Assembly: GCA_002327445.1 (NCBI GenBank)
Contig: DCWA01000009.1
Location: 7,181 to 71,180 of the forward strand
Direction: 5' to 3'
Length of the DNA stretch: 64,000 nucleotides
Source: Desulfobacteraceae bacterium UBA2174
GTDB taxonomy: Bacteria > Desulfobacterota > Desulfobacteria > Desulfobacterales > UBA2174
Part shown: in pieces, positions 56,301-64,000 of the stretch
Position numbering within the stretch: the first letter of the stretch is position 1
Layout: every line of letters starts with the position of its first letter
Translations under genes and position numbers: made by a program
Notes under the pieces: model-generated
Told to the model about the DNA's origin: nothing
The model's database searches: none
Seen by the model: only the letters and a program-made list of their open reading frames with translations

Positions 56301-57112
56301 ACTTTTTGCGCCGCAACGTCTACAAGGACCTGGAAGCGTACCGCCGGCAGGGCATGAGCGAAGAGGATGCCTTCCGGGAGGCCACCTTCCGGGTCTTCGG
56401 CTGCCCGCCGGGCACCTACGGCGCCGGCGTGGCCGAGCTGGTGGAGTCCAAGAACTGGAAGACCCGGGAGGATCTGGGCAACAACTATATCCGTTATTCG
56501 TCCCACGCCTACGGCCAAGGCACCTACGGCACTCAGAAGCCCGATGTCTACCGCCGCCACCTGGCCCGCATGGACGTCACCGTGAAAAACGAAGACAGCC
56601 GGGAGTACGACATGATGTCGTGCACCGACTACTACAACTACTACGGCGGAATGATCGTGGCGGCCAAGACCGTGCGCGGCACACTGCCCTTTGCCGTCAT
56701 GGGCGACAGCGCCGACCCCAAGCGGGTCAAGATGCGCACCACCTTCGAGGAAGCCAAGCACGTCCTTCGCGCGCGCCTGGTCAACCCAAAATGGCTGGCA
56801 GGCATGAAACGCCACGGCTACAAGGGCGCCGGCGACATCTCCCACATGATGGACGTGGTCCTGGGCTGGGACGCCACCGCCGAGGTGATCGACGACTGGA
56901 TGTACGAAAAAATCGCCCGGGCCTACGCCCTGGACCCCGAGATGCAGCGGTGGATGAAGGAGGTCAATCCCTTCGCATTGCAGAACATCCTGGACAAGCT
57001 GCTGGAGGCCATCGGCCGCGGGATGTGGAAGGCCGGTGACGAGATGGAAGAGGCGCTTCGCAACGCCTATCTGGAGATGGAGGGGGAGATTGAGGAGTGG
57101 AGCGATCGATGA
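53339..57112 (+). CDS. cobN: Cobaltochelatase large subunit CobN
   Basis: QPEFDG, QPPRG, PPHHY, H.GKHGSLEWLPGK, GEGTQAKRR, DHLTP, LPTGRNFY, RISGFFRD, NPKW..GM.RHGYKGA. Confidence 0.93.
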   Translation: MKPYTLCYYSDGLEMPTLSEGVRLFTDAGGTVKVHARTQTQLFDQARQAAFVKQALSSDAIIVTLHGGKPSFPAFDRFTDALARLPADRRPYVHIQPISGDEDSLEAAREHSTDFGQPAWDEIQRYLSCGGPLNFHQLLIYLHNRLFDDDRTDVRPAVELPHEGLYHPDMSGIPDLDVYLAEQVDPARPTVGLWFYQTYWLNNNLAFIDTIIRAVEAQGANILPVFHRRYKDAERGNRGADYIVEHFFMDGDRPRIDVLINPLMFSLTLAAPEYKSLLPRLDVPFIQTMTCLAPFAQWSESVQGLPTMDVSYSAAQPEFDGALITVPCATREEKTVDPLTGALIAKYMPIDERVEKMVRLALNWARLKRTPNNERRVAVIFHHYPPRNDRIGCAAGLDSFAGVKVLLDRMRAEGYRIERTFADGDALAHEMLSRMTCDRRWLPVDQLAAKAEAHAGAEHYDGWHTELPGPIREKMTEDWGKIPGELFVHDGRMLHFAGMHNGNVFLTIQPPRGYLENVEKIYHDMYLSPPHHYLAQYRWIRDVFKAHVVMHVGKHGSLEWLPGKALGLSEKCYPDLAIMELPNVYPYIINDPGEGTQAKRRSYCCIIDHLTPAYTNADLYDDLGKVQGLVADHTAAVAEDPAKVEILRPMIWEAVVAASLDKDLEITREEALADFGAFLEKLHAYIEELSDTMINDGLHVLGNAPEGERLEQFVVQMTRLANGDVPSLRESLVTAMGYDYDDVLENRGQRPGRFNGLSGAEIVSRAHQKALALAHGLAMVDYNADRIPAVTADLMERRSPRVEAALAYIAETLVPNIRRCTEEIDFSLAGFCGGFVPPGPSGAPTRGQADILPTGRNFYSVDPNKIPTPAAWEVGVRLGDALIERYREASGKYPDNIGILVYGSPTMRTRGDDIAEIYYLMGLKPVWAKGSGNVTGLSVIPLSELKRPRLDVTPRISGFFRDCFPNLVERIDEAVRMVAALKEPPESNFLRRNVYKDLEAYRRQGMSEEDAFREATFRVFGCPPGTYGAGVAELVESKNWKTREDLGNNYIRYSSHAYGQGTYGTQKPDVYRRHLARMDVTVKNEDSREYDMMSCTDYYNYYGGMIVAAKTVRGTLPFAVMGDSADPKRVKMRTTFEEAKHVLRARLVNPKWLAGMKRHGYKGAGDISHMMDVVLGWDATAEVIDDWMYEKIARAYALDPEMQRWMKEVNPFALQNILDKLLEAIGRGMWKAGDEMEEALRNAYLEMEGEIEEWSDR

Positions 57113-57219
57113 TGGCCGATGGACGGATGGCGATGGGTGGATAGATGGTGATCGAGTGTTTTGTGATCGCCGACCTGCGGGCCGAGTACACCTTGAAGCG
57201 CTGAACTGGAGAATCTGAT

Positions 57220-59235
57220 ATGCACCGTAACATCTACCCCTTTGCGGCCATCGTCGGCCAGGAAGCCCTCAAGCAGAGCCTGCTGCTAAATGCCGTCAAT
57301 CCCCGCATCGGCGGGGTGTTGATCCGCGGGGAGAAGGGCACGGCCAAATCCACCGCCGTGCGGGCCCTGGCCGCACTGTTGCCCGAGATCGAGGTGGTCC
57401 GGGGCTGCCCCTTCGGCTGCGCGCCTGACCGCCCCGATGAAAGCTGCGATCGTTGCAGAAACAGCAGACAGCCATTGGAGAAAACGCATCGGCAGGTGCG
57501 CGTGGTGGAACTGCCGCTCAATGCCACCGAGGACCGGGTGGCCGGCGGCATCGATTTTTCCCTGGCCGTCCGGCAGGGCCGGCGCGCCCTGCAACCCGGC
57601 CTGCTGGCCGCCGCCCACCGGGGCATCCTCTATGTGGATGAAGTCAACCTGCTGGACGACCACATCGTGGACATCGTTCTGGACGCGGCGGCATCGGGAG
57701 AGAACATCATCGAGCGCGAGGGGATTTCTTTGCGCCATCCCTCGCGTTTCATCCTGGTGGGCACCATGAACCCCGAGGAGGGGGAACTGCGGCCCCAACT
57801 GCTCGATCGCTTCGGCCTGTGCGTGGAAACCGCCGGCGCCGAAGCCCCCGAGGAGCGTGTCGCCCTCATGCAGCGACGGGAGGAATTTGACGGCGATCCG
57901 ACGATCTTCATGCGTTCCTATGCCGAGCAGAACCAGACGGTTGCCCGAAAAATCGAAGCCGGCAAGGCTCGACTGGCAGCGGTTCGCATGCCCCGCCACC
58001 TGCGCGGCTTTATCAGTGAATTGTGCACTGAAAACAACGTCGCCGGTCACCGGGCCGACCTGGTGATCGAGCAGGCGGCCCTGGCCCTGGCGGCCTTGGA
58101 GGCGGCGCCCGAGGTGACCGTGGATCACATCCGCCGGGTGGCGCCCATGGCGCTGGTGCACCGTCGCCGGGAAACCCAGCCGCCGCCCCCGCCGCCGCCC
58201 GAAAAGGATCGGGACGAGGCGGATGATCAAGACCAATCCCAAGAAGACCAACAACAGGACGAGCAGCCTCCGGTCCCGGAGGAGCAGGCTGCCGAATCCC
58301 GGGAGTCGCCGGATGAAGCATCGGCGGACGATGACCATGCCGCGCCTGAACCAGAACAGGGCCCACCCCAACCCGAGCGGCAGGACGAACAGATCTTCGA
58401 CATCGGCGCCACCTTCAAGGTCAAGCCGCTGGCATCGGTCAAAGATCGCCTGTTCCGGCGCGGCTCCGGCCGCCGCTCGCGCACCCGGGTGAGCCAGAAA
58501 CAGGGCCGTTATGTGAAGAGCTGCCTCAATCTGCGCAATAATGACATCGCCCTGGATGCCACCTTGCGGGCGGCCGCTCCCTATCAGCGTGCACGGCGCA
58601 ACGGCAACCCCAACGGCATGGCCGTAGTCCTCACCGACCAGGACATCCGCGGCAAGATCCGCGAAAAACGCATCGGCAACTTTCTCTTCTTCACCGTGGA
58701 CGCCAGCGGCTCCATGGGCGCCCGGGGCCGTATGGCCGCTTCCAAAGGGGCCATTATGTCCCTGTTGCTGGACGCCTATCAGAAGCGCGACCGGGTGGCC
58801 ATGGTCTCTTTTCGCAGGGACGAGGCAGTGGTCAACCTGCCGCCCACCCCCTCGGTGGAGCTGGCCGGCAAGCTGCTGGCCGAACTGCCTGTAGGCGGTC
58901 GCACGCCTCTGTCGGCCGGGCTGGCGAAAACCTTCGAGCAGGTGCGCAACGTCCTGCTCAAAAACCCCGCGGCCCGGCCTATCGTCATCCTGATCACCGA
59001 CGGCAAAAGCAATGTGGCCCTGGGCGGCGGCAAGCCTGTGGAGGAAGCCCTGGGCCTGGCCGCGGCCATGGCCCGGGATGCCCGCGTGCGACACATCGTC
59101 GTGGACACCGAGGAGGAGGGCCTGGTCACCTTCGGCCTGGCCCGACGCCTGGCCGCGGCGCTTTCGGCCGAATACTTTAAAATCGACGATCTCAAGGCCA
59201 AAACCCTTGTGGATATTGTGAAAGGACAACAGTGA
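57220..59235 (+). CDS. ChlD/BchD-like chelatase subunit (AAA+, acidic/Pro linker, vWA)
   Basis: GEKGTAKST, DEVNLLDD, poly-Pro/acidic linker, DASGSM MIDAS, TDG. Confidence 0.9.
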   Translation: MHRNIYPFAAIVGQEALKQSLLLNAVNPRIGGVLIRGEKGTAKSTAVRALAALLPEIEVVRGCPFGCAPDRPDESCDRCRNSRQPLEKTHRQVRVVELPLNATEDRVAGGIDFSLAVRQGRRALQPGLLAAAHRGILYVDEVNLLDDHIVDIVLDAAASGENIIEREGISLRHPSRFILVGTMNPEEGELRPQLLDRFGLCVETAGAEAPEERVALMQRREEFDGDPTIFMRSYAEQNQTVARKIEAGKARLAAVRMPRHLRGFISELCTENNVAGHRADLVIEQAALALAALEAAPEVTVDHIRRVAPMALVHRRRETQPPPPPPPEKDRDEADDQDQSQEDQQQDEQPPVPEEQAAESRESPDEASADDDHAAPEPEQGPPQPERQDEQIFDIGATFKVKPLASVKDRLFRRGSGRRSRTRVSQKQGRYVKSCLNLRNNDIALDATLRAAAPYQRARRNGNPNGMAVVLTDQDIRGKIREKRIGNFLFFTVDASGSMGARGRMAASKGAIMSLLLDAYQKRDRVAMVSFRRDEAVVNLPPTPSVELAGKLLAELPVGGRTPLSAGLAKTFEQVRNVLLKNPAARPIVILITDGKSNVALGGGKPVEEALGLAAAMARDARVRHIVVDTEEEGLVTFGLARRLAAALSAEYFKIDDLKAKTLVDIVKGQQ

Positions 59236-60284
59236 TGAAGATCAATCCCGTTTACCCATTTACCGCCATCGTGGGCCAGGAGAAGATGAAGCTGGCCCTG
59301 ATTCTCAACGTCATCCAGCCGGGCCTGTCCGGGGTGTTGATCCGCGGCGAGAAGGGCACGGCCAAATCCACGGCCGTGCGCGCCCTGGCCGACATCCTGC
59401 CGGAGATCGACATCTTCGTGGACGACCCCTTTCAACTGGCCCCCGGCGAAGAGGACGACACCTACCGCGAGATCGCCCGCGCCCTGAACCTGCCCGGCGC
59501 GGACAACGGGCATCTGCCCGCCGCGGCCCGGCGCAAGGTGCGCGTGGTGGAGCTGCCCGTAGGCGCCACCGAAGACCGCGTGGTAGGCTCCCTGGACCTG
59601 GAACACGCCCTGAAAAAAGGCGAAAAGCGGGTGGAGCCGGGTCTCTTGGCCGCGGCCCACCGGGGCATTCTCTACGTGGACGAGGTCAACCTGCTGGACG
59701 ACCACGTGGTGGACGTATTGCTCGATTCGGCCGCCATGGGGGTCAACACCATCGAGCGCGAAGGGGTATCCTTTTCCCACCCGGCCCGCTTCACCCTGGT
59801 GGGCACCATGAATCCGGAGGAGGGCGAGCTGCGGCCCCAACTGCTCGACCGCTTCGGATTGTGCGTGACCATCGAGGGCATCGCCGCGGCCGACGACCGC
59901 GTGGCCGTCATGGAGCGCCGGGCCGCCTTCGACGACGATCCCGATGGCTTCGCGGGCCGCTGGGCCGCCGAATCCCGGGCCCTGGCCGAGCGCATCCTCA
60001 CCGCCAAACGGCTCTATCCCCGGGTGACCGCGGCCCGGGAACGGCTTTACGAGATCGCCCAATACTGCCTGGACGTGGGGGTGGACGGCCACCGGGGCGA
60101 CATCGTCATCTTGAAGACGGCAAAAACCCTCGCGGCCTTTGAAGGACGCAGCGAAGTACTTTCCGAAGACATCCGGACCGCCGCCGAACTGGCCCTGCCC
60201 CACCGGGTACGGCGCCAGCCGCTGATGGAGATCGCCGACAATGTGCAAGCGGTAAGGGAGAGAACTAAAGAAAGACGAATATGA
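59232..60284 (+). CDS. ChlI/BchI-like chelatase AAA+ subunit
   Basis: YPFTAIVGQE, GEKGTAKST, TEDRVVG.LD, NPEEGELRPQLLDRFG, DGHR.D, LALPHR. Confidence 0.92.
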   Translation: MMKINPVYPFTAIVGQEKMKLALILNVIQPGLSGVLIRGEKGTAKSTAVRALADILPEIDIFVDDPFQLAPGEEDDTYREIARALNLPGADNGHLPAAARRKVRVVELPVGATEDRVVGSLDLEHALKKGEKRVEPGLLAAAHRGILYVDEVNLLDDHVVDVLLDSAAMGVNTIEREGVSFSHPARFTLVGTMNPEEGELRPQLLDRFGLCVTIEGIAAADDRVAVMERRAAFDDDPDGFAGRWAAESRALAERILTAKRLYPRVTAARERLYEIAQYCLDVGVDGHRGDIVILKTAKTLAAFEGRSEVLSEDIRTAAELALPHRVRRQPLMEIADNVQAVRERTKERRI

Positions 60285-61213
60285 TCCGAATCGAGAACCT
60301 AAGAAAAACCTACGGCAAAATCCAGGCCCTTTGCGGCATCGATCTGCACGTGCCGGCCGGCGAGCTGTTCGCCTACCTGGGGCCCAACGGCGCGGGCAAG
60401 ACGACCAGCATCCGGATTCTGACCGGCCTCACGCGCCTGTCGGCCGGCGCGGCGGCCCTCAACGGCCACGACATCGCCGCGCAATCCACGGCGGCCAAGC
60501 GCCAGTGCGGACTGGTGCCCCAGCACGTCAACCTGGACAGCGAGTTGACCGTGGGCGAAAACCTGGACCTGCACGGCCGCTTGTTCGGCATGCCGGCCGC
60601 AACCCGCAGACAGCGCATCGCCGAGCTGCTGGCCTACGTGGAGCTGGGCGACCGGGTGCACAGCCTGGTCAAACAGCTTTCCGGCGGGCTCAAGCGGCGG
60701 GTCATGATCGCCCGCGCCCTGCTGCACAACCCGCGGATTCTCTTCCTGGACGAGCCCACCGTGGGGCTGGACCCCGCCATCCGGCGGCGCATCTGGTCAC
60801 TGATCAAACAGATCCAGCAACAGGGCACCACCATCTTTCTCACCACCCACTACATCGAAGAGGCCGAGTTTTTGGCCGACCGGGTGGCCTTTCTGGACAG
60901 CGGACGCATCGTGGCGGTGGATTCGCCCACCGCGCTGATGGCCGGCGTGGGTCATTGGGCCGTAGACTGGGTGAGCGATGCGGGCCTGCAAAGCGCCTAT
61001 TTTCCCAGCCGGGAGGCGGCCCAGGCCGCGGGCGCGGCGCGCCACAACGGTTTTACCCTGCGCCGGGTCAACCTGGAAGACGCCTTCCTCACCCTTACCG
61101 GAAAAAAAGTGGCAACCGATGCCAACGCCCAGACGGTTCACGGTCAGGGACATGGCGCGCACGCGGCGGCGACCCGCAACCCGACGGGCGGGCAGGCGAA
61201 GAAAGGACACTGA
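60281..61213 (+). CDS. ABC-2 type ATP-binding protein (DrrA-like)
   Basis: GPNGAGKTT, LSGGLKRR, LDEPTVGLDP, TTHY.EEAE. Confidence 0.9.
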   Translation: MIRIENLRKTYGKIQALCGIDLHVPAGELFAYLGPNGAGKTTSIRILTGLTRLSAGAAALNGHDIAAQSTAAKRQCGLVPQHVNLDSELTVGENLDLHGRLFGMPAATRRQRIAELLAYVELGDRVHSLVKQLSGGLKRRVMIARALLHNPRILFLDEPTVGLDPAIRRRIWSLIKQIQQQGTTIFLTTHYIEEAEFLADRVAFLDSGRIVAVDSPTALMAGVGHWAVDWVSDAGLQSAYFPSREAAQAAGAARHNGFTLRRVNLEDAFLTLTGKKVATDANAQTVHGQGHGAHAAATRNPTGGQAKKGH

Positions 61214-61947
61214 TGCAGGGATTCATTGCGGTTTACTTGCGCGAAATGCGGATCCTCAAACGCCGGTTCTGGCGGCAACTGGCCGGCATGGCCGTATCGC
61301 CGCTGCTCTACCTGATCGCCCTGGGCTACGCCATGGGCGGCGCGGCGCGCTTCGACGGCCGCAGCTATCTGGAATTTCTCATTCCCGGCCTGATCGCCAT
61401 GAGCAGCATGACCCAGAGTTTCGGTATCGCCACGGACATCAACGTGGCGCGTTTCTACTGGTACATCTTCGAGGAGTTCCAGGCCGCCCCCATCGGCAAC
61501 GTTGCCTATGTGGCCGGCGAGGTGCTGGCCGGCATGACCCGGGCACTCATGGCCATCGCGGTCATTCTGGTGCTGAGCCTGCTGTTCGGCGTGCGCCTGC
61601 ACTACGGCCCCTGGCTCTGGCTGGCGGCGCTGCTCAACAGCTTCGCCTTCGCCGCCCTGGCCGTGGCCCTGGCCATGCTGGTCAAATCCCACGCCGACCA
61701 GAGCATGTTGACCAGCTTCGTCATCACCCCCATGGCCTTTCTGGGCGGCACCTTTTTCCCTGTGGAACGCTTGCCGCAGTGGGCGCAAAAAATGTTGGCG
61801 GTGCTGCCCCTGACCCACGCCTCCGAGGCCATCCGCGGCGCGGCTTTCGGAGAAACACCCGGCGTCTGGCCCTACTTGATCCTTGTGGCCGTAGGCGTAG
61901 CTTTTTTCGTACTGGCTTTGGGAACCGTGAACCAGGCGCGGGATTGA
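61213..61947 (+). CDS. ABC-2 type permease
   Basis: YLEFLIPGL, P..FLGGTFFP...LP.W, PLTH; six TMs. Confidence 0.9.
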   Translation: MQGFIAVYLREMRILKRRFWRQLAGMAVSPLLYLIALGYAMGGAARFDGRSYLEFLIPGLIAMSSMTQSFGIATDINVARFYWYIFEEFQAAPIGNVAYVAGEVLAGMTRALMAIAVILVLSLLFGVRLHYGPWLWLAALLNSFAFAALAVALAMLVKSHADQSMLTSFVITPMAFLGGTFFPVERLPQWAQKMLAVLPLTHASEAIRGAAFGETPGVWPYLILVAVGVAFFVLALGTVNQARD

Positions 61948-61999
61948 AAGCGGGATGACCGGATAAGGAAAACAGGTTTTGTAAAATTGCGAGGAATGC

Positions 62000-63205
62000 A
62001 TGCTGATTGAAAAATATTACGATGGTGTTGAGTTCCATAGAGAAGAGAAGATCATCTACGCCAGGTTTTTGAAACCGCACAGGGTGCTTTCCACCTGCCG
62101 AGCCGCCGGCGGCCTGCGGGACGATCTGGAATACGTTTACAACCACCAGAGCTGCGAACCGGCCGGCCACAGCCACCGGCACGCTGCAAGTCTATGGCGC
62201 GACCCGGTAGCCTATCGTCAACGCACCTGCGAACCTTACGGACTTCCGGCCGAGGCTTGCGCCACCATGGGCACGGCCGCCAACATGAACCACGCCGCCT
62301 TTGTCCGGGAAGCCTTCCGCGGCCTGCAGGTGGTCGCGGTGTGCACCGGCGGCGTGGAAGCCAATGCCGGCCGGGCCGGCGATCCCGCCTCCGTCTTCGA
62401 GACGGCCGACGGATTCGAGAAACTGCCGCCGGCCGAAGAGACGCCCGGGCCCGGCACCATCAACACCATGATCTTCATCAACCATCCGCTGATCCCCGGG
62501 GCCATGGTGCGGGTCATCATGACCGCCACCGAAGCCAAGAGCGCGGCCCTGCAGGAGCTGGCGGTCAACTCGCGCTACTCCGACGGCTTGGCCACCGGCA
62601 CGGGCACCGATCAAATCGTCGTGGCCGCCATGCAAACCGAGGCAAAGCCGCTGACCAGCGCCGGCAAGCACGCCAAGCTGGGCGAGTTGATCGGCCGGAC
62701 GGTGCTGGCGGCGGTCAAACAGACCCTGGCCAACCAGAACCGCCTGACCCCTGCCGGACAATGCTCGGTCAAAATTCACCTGGAGCGCTTCGGTGTCACC
62801 TGCGGCCAACTGATGGACAGGGTCTGCGACCACCTGGCCGCGGAACATGCGGAGCTACTGCGCAAAAATTTCACCGAAATCGAGCGCGATCCGGTCACCG
62901 TGGCCGCGGTGGCGGCCATGGTGCACCTGAAGGACAAGTTCACCTGGGGGGTTTTGCCCGCCGCCTGCTGGAGCGAGATCATGGGGGCCTACGCCGCCCA
63001 GATCGCCTGCGCCGTCAGCGGCCGCTATGATCGGATGGACGCCTATCGCCGGCGTCTTGCGCCCGGGCCCGGCCATGCCGACGCCGCGGCCTTCCCGGGC
63101 TTGGCGGGCCGCGCCATGGCTATGGGCTTCGAGGAAAAATGGGGCGAGCGGGAAGCGCTGGCCGAAAGGCCGGCGGGTACCGGAAAGGAGGTGAAACCGC
63201 GCTAG
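62000..63205 (+). CDS. cbiZ: Adenosylcobinamide amidohydrolase CbiZ
   Basis: TAANM, TGGV..NA.RAGDPA, GTIN, TEAK, ATGTGTDQ, GKH.KLGE. Confidence 0.9.
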   Translation: MLIEKYYDGVEFHREEKIIYARFLKPHRVLSTCRAAGGLRDDLEYVYNHQSCEPAGHSHRHAASLWRDPVAYRQRTCEPYGLPAEACATMGTAANMNHAAFVREAFRGLQVVAVCTGGVEANAGRAGDPASVFETADGFEKLPPAEETPGPGTINTMIFINHPLIPGAMVRVIMTATEAKSAALQELAVNSRYSDGLATGTGTDQIVVAAMQTEAKPLTSAGKHAKLGELIGRTVLAAVKQTLANQNRLTPAGQCSVKIHLERFGVTCGQLMDRVCDHLAAEHAELLRKNFTEIERDPVTVAAVAAMVHLKDKFTWGVLPAACWSEIMGAYAAQIACAVSGRYDRMDAYRRRLAPGPGHADAAAFPGLAGRAMAMGFEEKWGEREALAERPAGTGKEVKPR

Positions 63206-63222
63206 AATACTGAGTGTTGCCA

Positions 63223-63436
63223 TGCAGCCGGTCGCCGGGTCGGAGCGCTTTTTTCCGGCCGGGCGATAATAGGGAATCCCGCGCGAATCGGGAACGGACC
63301 CGCCGCTGTGACTCCCGCCCTGGCCGCCTGAAGCGGCCGGGCAACCCGATCGGCATTTAATCGACCACTGTCATGTCCGCCATGACGGGAAGGCCGCCGG
63401 TCGGGGGGGACTAGTCAGAAGACCTGCCGGATGCAG
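63223..63436 (+). ncRNA. Cobalamin riboswitch (second copy)
   Basis: AATAGGGAATCCCG.GCGAATCGGGAACGGACCCGCCGCTGTGA...GACCACTG...GGGAAGG...AGTCAGAAGACCTGCC. Confidence 0.92.
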
Positions 63437-63528
63437 CCGCAAGTGAAACGGACTGACGAGGATTCGGTCTCACTTTCCCATCGATCCGGGCCAAACGCTT
63501 CGAGCGTCCGGACCAAGTGACACCATCG

Positions 63529-63552
63529 AGCCCCGCCGGGGCTTTTCTTTTT
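63529..63552 (+). terminator. Probable attenuator terminator downstream of riboswitch 2
   Basis: AGCCCC-GCC-GGGGCT stem followed by TTTCTTTTT. Confidence 0.6.
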
Positions 63553-63615
63553 CCTCGCCGCGAGAATGGAAGCCACTTTCCAGCAAATCAACCGGGAGCA
63601 ACGGGGAGAAGAAGG

Positions 63616-64000
63616 ATGAAGACCTTTTTAAGAGTCATGGGGTTGGCATTTGCGCTGAACTATCTGGTGATCAGCCCCCGGTGCGGTTGGGCCGAAGAAC
63701 AATCCGCCACAAGGACGGGCGGGAAGACTGAAACGCAAACGGCGGACAGCGCCGGGATGACGGTCGGCGAAGTGGTGCTGGAGGAGATCGTGGTCACGGC
63801 CACCGGGGACGTCAAGATGCGCGACACCCCGGCGTCCATCTCGGTAATCACGGCCAAGGACATCGAGGCCCGGGGAATCAAGAACATCGGCGAGGCCCTG
63901 GCCAAGGTGGCCGGGGTCTTCGACGACGGCAGTTCGAGCTACTACTTCAGCCTGCGCGGCACCCGCAGCTCGTCCTCGGGCGGTCCCCTGGTGCTCGTCG
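63616..64000 (+). CDS. TonB-dependent receptor (BtuB-like), N-terminus only
   Basis: Signal peptide, LEEIVVTAT TonB box, TPASISVIT..DI, EAL..V.GV, .RG plug motifs; downstream of a B12 riboswitch; runs off window. Confidence 0.88.
   Translation, partial: MKTFLRVMGLAFALNYLVISPRCGWAEEQSATRTGGKTETQTADSAGMTVGEVVLEEIVVTATGDVKMRDTPASISVITAKDIEARGIKNIGEALAKVAGVFDDGSSSYYFSLRGTRSSSSGGPLVLV

Noticed and set aside
57220-60284. Near-identical nucleotide stretches between chlD-like and chlI-like genes; possible Mg-chelatase/photosynthesis signal
   Set aside because: Ordinary paralogy of the AAA+ modules; the context (cobN, cbiZ, B12 riboswitches) points to cobalt, and no bch genes are present

Overview
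GC-rich bacterial window, most consistent with an anaerobic Desulfobacterota-like (deltaproteobacterial) genome; the taxonomy is inferred from gene content only. Five blocks are present. (1) 1-16460: two catabolic clusters (TAXI-TRAP + class-III aminotransferase + Kce/DUF849; DctPQM + class-I aminotransferase + GlcD/GlcF + amidohydrolase), plus HU, PanE-like and PaaI-like genes. (2) 16527-34639, mostly minus strand: a respiratory super-operon with Alternative Complex III (actB-actC-actD-actF-actA), a cbb3-type oxidase (ccoN, a ccoO fused to an extra cytochrome c, ccoS, ccoI-like ATPase) and a NosL/ABC copper-handling cluster. A GxxExxY nuclease-like gene bracketed by inverted 3x10-bp repeat arms is inserted in it, and related short-period repeat arrays sit at other gene junctions. 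(3) 35175-47748: a decaying accessory region with an AAA/PD-(D/E)XK gene and a frameshifted paralog fragment fused to an MFS tail, a DDE transposase, an acyl-CoA synthetase broken by one in-frame TGA, and a BREX remnant (brxC 3' end, pglX 5' end) enclosing an intact MAD3/MAD4-like ATPase-partner pair. The remnant is cut by a 153-bp MITE (6-bp target duplication) and an IS1-family element. (4) 47888-63205: a cobalamin-riboswitch-led operon that unexpectedly begins with CcsA/ResB-like genes, followed by a BtuFCD-like ABC system, cobN, chlD/chlI-like genes, an ABC-2 pair and cbiZ. (5) A second cobalamin riboswitch and the start of a TonB-dependent receptor. All family calls come from motif recognition; no database search was run.
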